NCBI GenBank assembly: GCA_964617195.1
Contig: CAZTVK010000019.1
Coordinates: 144,793 to 208,792, forward strand
DNA length: 64,000 nucleotides
Source of the DNA: an uncultured Methanosarcinales archaeon
Lineage (GTDB): Archaea; Nanobdellota; Nanobdellia; Woesearchaeales; ARS49
Reading direction: 5' to 3'
Numbering within the stretch: position 1 is the first letter of the stretch; every line of letters starts with the position of its first letter. The translations under genes were made by a program, and so were the position numbers. The notes under the pieces were generated by a model that ran no database searches, had not been told where the DNA came from, and saw only the letters and a list, made by a program, of their open reading frames with translations. Positions 56,719 through 64,000 of this stretch are shown here, piece after piece.

Positions 56719-59700
56719 ACATACTAGTCACGATCACAGCGCTTTTACTAATCCTACCAATCTTCACAACCGCACAACCAGCAGTCGGATGCTGCTGCGA
56801 CCCAATCCTAAAACGCGGCAGTTTCACAACAGCAGCAGAATGCGCAGCACTAGGATTCAACTTCACAGGACCACCACCAAGCCTGAGCATCACTTGCGAC
56901 CAGCACTGCGAAGCAATACTCATACCAGAAGCGCCAGCACAATGCGGAGACAATATCTGCCAAGCAACAGAAACAGCTTCAACCTGCCCAGGAGACTGCG
57001 CACCAATAGTTTCAGGCTGCGGAAGCCCAGCCTACAAGCCCCCAGCAGAACAATTCACAATCACACCAGTCAAAAACACCAAAGCACTCATACTCAGCTT
57101 CACAGTGCCCTGCCCATCAGACTACATAACAGTTCAGCGCTGTCCAGGAACAGACTGCACAAACTTCACAACAATAGCAGAAATCCCGCCAACAACAGTC
57201 TTCACAGACGAAGACTCACAATTAGAATTCAACAAAGACTACAACTACCAAATAAAAGCACACTACACAATAGCAGGAGAAGGAGAACCGGCAACAGCCA
57301 TCGGAAACGCAGGAGACATAGAATGCTGGCAGCAAAAAAAAGAAACCTTCTGCCTCAACGACTTTTCGTACGATCAATACTTAGAATACCTTACAAAATT
57401 CGGATACGCCCGAAACAGCGCGGCAATATTCCAAGCAGCATTCGATAGAACAGTAGACCTCACATTCTCAACAAGATTCAACAAAGCATGGCAATGCAAC
57501 GACATCAACCTCTTAGCAGAGCCAAGCCCGCAAACAACCTGCGACAGCAAACAAAACGAATACTGCATCTCAGACGAAAACGGAGCAAGATGCGCAAGAA
57601 GAGAACCATGCGGACCAGGATTTGACCCATTCGGCCTGTATGCCATCCAAGACGCATGCGAAGCAACAGGATTCCTGCCAAGATACTGCTTTTTTGACAA
57701 AAGCATCACAACACCAGACAAATGCTACAGCTGCGACCCAAGAATGACCTGCTATGACTACAAAGGCAAAAACGCATGCGAACGCGACAATTGCGGAGCA
57801 GGAGACTGCCAATGGCGACAAGTATTCGAAGACATAGGAACAGGAGTATGCGTTGACACGAGATACAACAACTGCGAACTCTGCGACAAAAAAGGAACAC
57901 CAGACATAGAAAATTCCAACGCAACCAGCGACATTTGGGACGCGTGCAGAGAAGAAAAAAGCACAGCACTAAGCACAACAGCATACCCCTGCTTCTACGA
58001 CAAAGACAGAAAAAGAAGCAAAACATGTGATGAAGCGACGTGCGCTGATTACACAGAACTCCAATGCGGCTCACCAGAAGGAGGAATCAAACTAAACCCA
58101 GACAACAAAATAATCAAGAAAAGCACAGACACCTGCAGCATAGGAGTCTGCCACCACACCAGAGAAACAGGATGCATAAAAAATGCAGACGGAAACATCG
58201 GAGCAGGATTCCAAGACTGCGCGTACGGCAACAAAACCTGCGAACAAGACTACTTCCCACCAATCACCACACTCATACCAACAGGACTCGCAGGAAGAGT
58301 AGACCTCATCAACATAAGAATATTCGACAAGACAAGCAGGGCAACAGCACCAGTCAACTACGCAGGAAAACCAGGCTACAGAACATACCTATGCGTCAAA
58401 AATGAAACAAACACGTGCGCAGACTCGCGCGCATTCAACATAGCAGTCAACACAGCGCAACTCGTCCTGAAAAACACAGCACTCAAACTTGCAAACAAAA
58501 CGCTAGCCAAACTAGATACAGGCAACAACACAATAACATTCTACAGCAGAGACGCAGCAAACAACCTCGAAATATTGCGAGACATGAACATATTCGCCTG
58601 CGAAAAATGCAGCGGGCCAACACTATTGAATTTCACAGTAACAGGCGGAAGAATAATCGGAAAAACAATCTACACCTCAGCAAAAAGGCCAACATTCACG
58701 TTCACTTTCGACGAGCAGACAATAGTAACGTACGCAGACATAACAAGACCAGAAACAGGCACGATCTCGCTAACACAACAAACCCCAGGAGCACACGAAA
58801 TACACTCATTCATCCCAATCGCAGACCTGCAAGGAACCTACAATTTCACAATCAACGGGCACAACGACCAAAACATCTACTTCGACCCAGCATTATCCTT
58901 TACATTAATCGCAGACCCAGACCTCGCAGACGTCAACATCACCCCGGCAGACGGAAGCATACTCAACAAAACACTCGTAGACATAGAACTAAACTTCAGC
59001 AAACCTGTGACACTCAACAACATCACACTATCACTAGAAACATTCGAAGACCCATACATCAAAAAAGAAACAAAAAGAGACATCACTGCACTGTTCAAAA
59101 CAACCAACAACAGAACATACACGGCAAAAGCAGACAAAATCTCCGGAGGAAAAAACACGATAATAGTAGACGCGCTAGGCTACAACGCGCTCAACATCTA
59201 CAAAGAAAGCAGCTTCTTCGTATCAATAACAAAACCAGGAATAAGACTAACCAAACCAGACTTCGGAGTAACAGCATACTCAATATTCAACACAAGCATA
59301 GAAACACAACTATCCGCAAAATGCGCATACGTCTTCGACGCGCCAACCGCACCAAGCAGCACAGACTTCGAATTCTTCAAACAAATGGAAGGCACAGGCA
59401 CAATGCACACATCAAGCGGGCTAAGCATCAACTACGGAGACCCAAACGCGCACCCGCTCCACGTCTACTGCAACTTTGAAGATTACGGATTCGGAATCAT
59501 ACAACGAACATTCAACCTAACACTAGACCCAGACCCGCCAATAATCAAAAAATCATTCGCAGAACCATCAGTAATAGCAGAACAATACTACCCAGACAGA
59601 GAAATCTACGTCACAACACTCAAAACACAACTGAACAAGCCAGGATTCTGCAAATACTCAGCAAGCATCAGCAACTTCGCCAATATGGAAGGACTCTTCC

Positions 59701-61814
59701 CAGGATACGACATCGCACCAAAAGAAAGCCTCGGAGCAGACGTTAATGTCACAGAGAAAAAAACACACGACTATTGGATCGTATGCAAAGGCAAAAACCA
59801 ATTGCTGTCAAAACCAGAAAAAGTATCGTTCACAATAGACCTCGCGCAAAAACTGAATGTCTCAAGCAGCACTCCACAAGGATTCGCAACAACGAACTTC
59901 ACAATAGGAGTAGTTGCGAACAAAAGAGTATTCTGCTATTTCGGAGAACAAGAAGACGACACGACAAAATGCATGGGCGCCTGCACGTCAAGCTACACAC
60001 AATCACAAAAAATCACGGTAAGCGCACCCGGCCCATACACCTACTTCGTAAAATGCGCACACGTCACAGGAGAACAATCAGACGTAATAGAAATCCCAGT
60101 CATAATTGACACCTCACCGCCAACAATGGATTACGTAAAAGACGACGGCTCAATAACAGAAGACCCAGCCATCACATGGTCGCAAAGCAAAATAAGAGTA
60201 GCAGTCAACGCAAAAGACGAAGAAAGCGGAATATCACACTACCTCATCACGCTCAAAGGACAGACAGACAACAAAATAGAATTCAAAGACTACGTCAGCG
60301 ACATAACAAATGGAGAGTACTTCTACATCAGACTCAAGCCAAACGGCGAGCCATTCAGACTCAGAAACGACAACAGTTACAAATTCGTCGTCAAAGCAGT
60401 CAACAGAGTAGGACTTGAAAGCGAAATAATGGAAAGTGACGGAGTACGAGTAGACACGTCCCAAGAACCAGGACCCTGCGGAGACGGAGAACTAAGCCAA
60501 AACGAAACAGACATGGACTGCGGAGGAGAATGCGACGGTTGCCCAGAAAACAGGAAATGCGGAATTGACGGAGACTGCGCGACAAACTACTGCCAAGACA
60601 AACTCTGCAAAGTAGCAAGCTGCGAAGACGGCTACAAGAACGGCCTCGAATCAGACGTTGATTGCGGCGGACAAACCTGCAACCAATGCGAAAAAGACAT
60701 GCGCTGCATCCAACACGCAGACTGCAAAACAGAATACTGCGACATACAACAAGAAATTTGCGTAGACGCGCCACCATGCGCAGACAAACTACTCACAACA
60801 GGAGAAACAGACATAGACTGCGGAGGACCATGCGAAAAATGCAAAGAAGACCAAAACTGCGCTGAAAAAACAGACTGCTCAGAAGAACTCTACTGCACAC
60901 CAGACACAAAAAAATGCAGCTCGGAAATACCAGGAGACGAAGACCACGACGGAATACTGGACGACATTGATGACTGCTTCGGCACACCAGCAGACGAAAC
61001 ACCAGACGAAAAAGGCTGCGGGCCATCACAAACATTCACACTAGGCGACGACATCAACGACAGATGGAGAATGGACCACTTCAAATGCATAGACTGCCCA
61101 GAAGCAGCAACAGACGCAGACCCAGACAAAGATGGATTAACGAACCTCCAAGAATTCACACAAGGAACCAATCCAACAAAGAAAGACACAGACGGAGACG
61201 GATGGAAAGACGGCGTTGAGCTAGACAAAGGCACAAGTCCAACAGACCCAGCAAGCCACCCGCCAAGCATATTCCTCGGATTCCTCTGGACAATATTCAT
61301 ACTCCTCCTAATCGCAGGAGCAGGCTACGGAATCTACATAGTCCTGCAAGCACGAAAAGAAAAGAAAAAACCTGCCATAGCTGAAAAATACGCCATCGAA
61401 AGACCACCAGCTAAAATCACAGCAGCAGAAGAAATCGCCAAACTAAAAGAATTCGCAAAAGAAGAAGAAATTCCGGAAAAAGACTGGATATCACTGGAAA
61501 AAGTCATCAAGAAAAAACCACTTCCACCCAAGAAATTCGCAGAAGCAATAGAACAACTGCGAAAAATCGCGCACAAAGAACGCGCAAAACCAGAACAACC
61601 ACTAATGCGACTACGAGCAATGCTGGATGAAATCGGCGAAGACGAAAAAATAGAACTCTTAGCACGCTGGAAAATGTTGAAAGCGGGATTGCTCACAAAA
61701 GCAGAAATCGAAGAACTCCTAAGAAGACTCAAAATAACAGCACAATACTACCACGCGCACAAAGAAGAACTCGACCAAGAACTGGCACACTATGGCAGGC
61801 GCAAAAAACACTAA
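56703..61814 (+). CDS. giant (1703 aa) type-I membrane surface protein / adhesin with Cys-rich modules and thrombospondin type-3-like Ca-binding repeats
   Basis: Sec signal; 3x 'CG(D)GE..ETD.DCGG.C..C' modules; 'DEDHDGILDDIDDC', 'DADPDKDGLTNLQEF', 'DTDGDGWKDGVELD'; C-terminal TM 'IFLGFLWTIFILLLIAGAGYGIYIVL' + charged tail. Confidence 0.7.
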   Translation: MRSTINILVTITALLLILPIFTTAQPAVGCCCDPILKRGSFTTAAECAALGFNFTGPPPSLSITCDQHCEAILIPEAPAQCGDNICQATETASTCPGDCAPIVSGCGSPAYKPPAEQFTITPVKNTKALILSFTVPCPSDYITVQRCPGTDCTNFTTIAEIPPTTVFTDEDSQLEFNKDYNYQIKAHYTIAGEGEPATAIGNAGDIECWQQKKETFCLNDFSYDQYLEYLTKFGYARNSAAIFQAAFDRTVDLTFSTRFNKAWQCNDINLLAEPSPQTTCDSKQNEYCISDENGARCARREPCGPGFDPFGLYAIQDACEATGFLPRYCFFDKSITTPDKCYSCDPRMTCYDYKGKNACERDNCGAGDCQWRQVFEDIGTGVCVDTRYNNCELCDKKGTPDIENSNATSDIWDACREEKSTALSTTAYPCFYDKDRKRSKTCDEATCADYTELQCGSPEGGIKLNPDNKIIKKSTDTCSIGVCHHTRETGCIKNADGNIGAGFQDCAYGNKTCEQDYFPPITTLIPTGLAGRVDLINIRIFDKTSRATAPVNYAGKPGYRTYLCVKNETNTCADSRAFNIAVNTAQLVLKNTALKLANKTLAKLDTGNNTITFYSRDAANNLEILRDMNIFACEKCSGPTLLNFTVTGGRIIGKTIYTSAKRPTFTFTFDEQTIVTYADITRPETGTISLTQQTPGAHEIHSFIPIADLQGTYNFTINGHNDQNIYFDPALSFTLIADPDLADVNITPADGSILNKTLVDIELNFSKPVTLNNITLSLETFEDPYIKKETKRDITALFKTTNNRTYTAKADKISGGKNTIIVDALGYNALNIYKESSFFVSITKPGIRLTKPDFGVTAYSIFNTSIETQLSAKCAYVFDAPTAPSSTDFEFFKQMEGTGTMHTSSGLSINYGDPNAHPLHVYCNFEDYGFGIIQRTFNLTLDPDPPIIKKSFAEPSVIAEQYYPDREIYVTTLKTQLNKPGFCKYSASISNFANMEGLFPGYDIAPKESLGADVNVTEKKTHDYWIVCKGKNQLLSKPEKVSFTIDLAQKLNVSSSTPQGFATTNFTIGVVANKRVFCYFGEQEDDTTKCMGACTSSYTQSQKITVSAPGPYTYFVKCAHVTGEQSDVIEIPVIIDTSPPTMDYVKDDGSITEDPAITWSQSKIRVAVNAKDEESGISHYLITLKGQTDNKIEFKDYVSDITNGEYFYIRLKPNGEPFRLRNDNSYKFVVKAVNRVGLESEIMESDGVRVDTSQEPGPCGDGELSQNETDMDCGGECDGCPENRKCGIDGDCATNYCQDKLCKVASCEDGYKNGLESDVDCGGQTCNQCEKDMRCIQHADCKTEYCDIQQEICVDAPPCADKLLTTGETDIDCGGPCEKCKEDQNCAEKTDCSEELYCTPDTKKCSSEIPGDEDHDGILDDIDDCFGTPADETPDEKGCGPSQTFTLGDDINDRWRMDHFKCIDCPEAATDADPDKDGLTNLQEFTQGTNPTKKDTDGDGWKDGVELDKGTSPTDPASHPPSIFLGFLWTIFILLLIAGAGYGIYIVLQARKEKKKPAIAEKYAIERPPAKITAAEEIAKLKEFAKEEEIPEKDWISLEKVIKKKPLPPKKFAEAIEQLRKIAHKERAKPEQPLMRLRAMLDEIGEDEKIELLARWKMLKAGLLTKAEIEELLRRLKITAQYYHAHKEELDQELAHYGRRKKH

Positions 61815-62352
61815 ACCACGAAAATGCAATACATTTTCGAGCCTCAAAGTACTTCGTACTTCGAGGGCGCAAATCATCGGCCAAGTATTCATCTACATAC
61901 TCGCAGGCCTGGTATTCATCCTAATCCTCACATACGGATACAAAGCGATACAATACTTCCTAGAAAGACAAGAACAAGTCATGATGGTAGACTTCAGAAC
62001 AGACCTAGAAATAGCAGTAGAAGGAGTCAAACGCGATTACGGCACTGTCAGAAAAGTAGAACTCAAACTTCCAAGCAAATACCAAGGAGCCTGCTTTTTT
62101 GACGCTGAAAAGTGCGCGCAAACAACACCAAAACTAATCCTTCCAACACATGAAGTAGCTGTCTCGTGGGCACAAGACGCGTGCATACTCAAATCAGCAA
62201 ACGTGTTCACAATACCCAGAGACCAAGCCATCGCACTACCAGACGTACAAGTAGAAAACGGATACTTGTGCGTGCCAAACACAGGAAAAATCACAGTGCG
62301 CATGGAAGGCACTGGCAAAAAAGCAAAAATCTCAGAATGGAAATCACAATGA
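61792..62352 (+). CDS. pilin-like protein (class III signal peptide-like N-terminus)
   Basis: '...LRTSRA|QIIGQVFIYILAGLVFILILTYGY'; start overlaps giant gene by 23 nt (start uncertain). Confidence 0.4.
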   Translation: MAGAKNTKPRKCNTFSSLKVLRTSRAQIIGQVFIYILAGLVFILILTYGYKAIQYFLERQEQVMMVDFRTDLEIAVEGVKRDYGTVRKVELKLPSKYQGACFFDAEKCAQTTPKLILPTHEVAVSWAQDACILKSANVFTIPRDQAIALPDVQVENGYLCVPNTGKITVRMEGTGKKAKISEWKSQ

Positions 62353-63491
62353 AAAACGACCGCAAGCCCACGAGCTCCTACGGGAGCTCGGGGCCCCCTT
62401 TTAGAGGCAGACATGCACAATTCGAAATGCAATTCCACTGGATATTCGTCCTAGTAGCAGGAGCATTAATCCTCGCGTTCTTCTTTACAGTAGCGCACAG
62501 GCAAAGAGCAATCAGCACAGAAAGACTTCAATTAACACTCGCAACAGACATAGAAAACATTTTCACAGGAGCAATAGTAAGCAGAGGCACAGCACAATCA
62601 CTGCCAGTGCCTCCACAAGGCATAGCATTCGAATGCACAGAAGGATGCGACTGCGCATTCCGCATAGGAAACGCGCAACGCTCTTACGGAGACAAATCAC
62701 TATTCGCACCAGAACTACTGGAAGAACGCAACATAAAAGTCTGGGCACAAGAACTAAAAATGCCCTACAGGGCAACCAATTTCCTCTATCTAACAAATCC
62801 AAATATCAAATACTACTTTGTCTACAACGAAGGAGACACCACACGACTGCAACAACTCACCAAACACATCCCACTGCTAAGAGAAGACGACCAAATAGTC
62901 CCATTCATGGACTACGAAAACATAACCACAACACAAATCACATCACTCAAAGCAGAAGACTACCAACACACAAAATTCGTATTCCTCAACGCCAACCCGC
63001 CAACACTAGACGACTCGTTCAGAAAGAAAAGCTTCAGCGCAATAAAAATAGATGAACAAGGAGTAACATTCTACGAAAAAAACATTTTACAATTCCGAAA
63101 CGTCAGAACACTCAGCTATGTAGGACTTCCAAGCCTCTACGCGGCAATATTCGCACACGACTACATCATGTATTCCTGCGGACTCCGCACAGCATTCAGA
63201 AAACTCAGCTACGTGGCTCAACTTTACGCAGAACGAGCAGCAGAACTGCAAGAAAAATCAATAGAAGCAGGAAGAGACTGGTGCAACTACGGAGCAATAG
63301 ACCCAGCACAACCATGCGAAGGAGCAGACCCAAGCACAGTCATAGGAATGCTCTGCGAACAACACAAACTAGCGCAAGAACTCTCAGTAAACATAGACAA
63401 ACCAAAAATCGACAGGCTAAGCCCGCTAATGCAATACTTAGACAGCAAAAACAGAAATTTCATCCAACAAAGCTGCCCGGAGCTGTTTTGA
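62349..63491 (+). CDS. pilin-like extracellular protein (class III signal peptide-like)
   Basis: ATG overlapping previous stop (ATGA); 'FRGRHA|QFEMQFHWIFVLVAGALILAFFF'. Confidence 0.4.
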   Translation: MKNDRKPTSSYGSSGPPFRGRHAQFEMQFHWIFVLVAGALILAFFFTVAHRQRAISTERLQLTLATDIENIFTGAIVSRGTAQSLPVPPQGIAFECTEGCDCAFRIGNAQRSYGDKSLFAPELLEERNIKVWAQELKMPYRATNFLYLTNPNIKYYFVYNEGDTTRLQQLTKHIPLLREDDQIVPFMDYENITTTQITSLKAEDYQHTKFVFLNANPPTLDDSFRKKSFSAIKIDEQGVTFYEKNILQFRNVRTLSYVGLPSLYAAIFAHDYIMYSCGLRTAFRKLSYVAQLYAERAAELQEKSIEAGRDWCNYGAIDPAQPCEGADPSTVIGMLCEQHKLAQELSVNIDKPKIDRLSPLMQYLDSKNRNFIQQSCPELF

Positions 63492-63983
63492 ATGGTGAAC
63501 TCCCGACGCTCACAAATCAAAATGTTTGAAACAGTAGGAGTACTAATGGTATTCTTCTTCCTGCTCGCAATCGGATCAGTAATCTATTTCGGAGTCCAAA
63601 AATCAGCAATGCAAAAAGAAAAAGTCAAATCAAGCGAACAATACGCATTCCAAATAGTCCTAAAATCACTTTATTTACCGGAACTAGACTGCTCATTCCT
63701 CGTCACGCAAAGAGACAACTGCATAGACAAAATAAAACTATCAAAACTATCCAAACTAATAAAAAATGATGAAAACGCACTCATGGACTATTACAGCGAC
63801 TTCGGCTACGCAACAATAAAAGTAGAAGAAGCATTCCCAACAGAAGAAAAATGGACCATGTATGAAAACATCCCACCAGACTACACGGGAAAGCTTTCAA
63901 CACAAAGCCCAATACTATTATACGACGCGTGGGACGACACCTACGCCTTCGGAATAATCGAGGTAAGCGTATATGTACAATAA
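63492..63983 (+). CDS. pilin-like extracellular protein (class III signal peptide-like)
   Basis: 'MVNSRRS|QIKMFETVGVLMVFFFLLAIGSVIYF' short basic n-region, +1 Gln, Glu at +6. Confidence 0.45.
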   Translation: MVNSRRSQIKMFETVGVLMVFFFLLAIGSVIYFGVQKSAMQKEKVKSSEQYAFQIVLKSLYLPELDCSFLVTQRDNCIDKIKLSKLSKLIKNDENALMDYYSDFGYATIKVEEAFPTEEKWTMYENIPPDYTGKLSTQSPILLYDAWDDTYAFGIIEVSVYVQ

Positions 63984-64000
63984 AAAAGCGCAAACAGAAA

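Noticed and set aside
62166-62348. N-terminal extension (Arg/His-rich) of the 62349 gene, and likewise 55159-55323 of the 55324 gene and 52416-52451 of the 52452 gene
   Set aside because: The extensions overlap the preceding genes in another frame and are low-complexity. Stop/start overlaps (ATGA or GTGA) or an SD sequence support the shorter forms.
1-64000. CRISPR arrays, IS elements, integrases or prophage genes
   Set aside because: No regularly spaced direct repeats, transposase or integrase motifs, or terminal inverted repeats bracketing gene blocks were seen. The two TrmB-like copies are diverged paralogs, not a mobile duplication.

Overview
This 64-kb window reads as an archaeal chromosome segment with no obvious mobile elements. 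The gene content looks like a DPANN- or Euryarchaeota-type small genome: coding density is very high, gene ends often overlap by 1–4 nt, and several transcripts appear leaderless.

Positions 1–11.3 kb hold the 3' two-thirds of the conserved archaeal ribosomal-protein super-operon. The order is L2(partial)-S19-L22-S3-L29-[aSUI1]-[RNase P Rpp29]-S17-L14-L24-S4e-L5-S14-S8-L6-L32e-L19e-L18-S5-L30-L15-SecY. An Oxa1-superfamily DUF106 membrane protein follows directly after secY. The adk and cmk genes that usually sit here are absent, and L34e-L14e lie about 40 kb away on the other strand.

The rest of the window is rich in information-processing genes:
- Replication and repair: MCM, Orc1/Cdc6, PolD small and large subunits (polB, polC), RFC small subunit, FEN1 and Hjc.
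- Transcription: TBP, TFE-alpha, an archaeal histone and two TrmB-like regulators.
- Translation and tRNA processing: aIF2-beta, RNase Z, EndA, a Trm5-like methyltransferase, TyrRS, PheRS alpha and beta, pelota, and a short Rpp30-like TIM barrel (tentative).
- Other: PAN, an M24 peptidase and a Nudix hydrolase.

The AT-rich intergenic region upstream of the orc1-polB-polC operon (23764–24205) carries inverted ORB-like G-string elements flanking a DNA-unwinding element (DUE). It is a candidate oriC. By hand-sampling, however, the + strand stays A+C-rich on both sides of it.

Two loci look accessory or envelope-related and are the most likely places for an undescribed system:
1. 36.8–43.0 kb on the minus strand is a tight operon. 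It encodes an N-anchored secreted protein, a 701-aa polytopic membrane protein with a cytoplasmic coiled-coil head, and three tandem paralogous lipobox-bearing lipoproteins. Two divergent, extremely Tyr- or Asp-rich secreted proteins follow.
2. 52.4–64 kb on the plus strand encodes two Cys-rich secreted proteins, four proteins with class III (type IV pilin-like) signal peptides carrying the +1 Gln hallmark, and a 1703-aa giant surface protein with thrombospondin-type-3-like Ca-binding repeats.

Several recurring inverted-repeat motifs, with CGGAAA/TTTCCG-type half sites or 8–9-bp stems with 3-nt loops, sit next to TATA boxes. They are candidate operators or structured RNA elements.

No tRNA, rRNA or CRISPR array was found.
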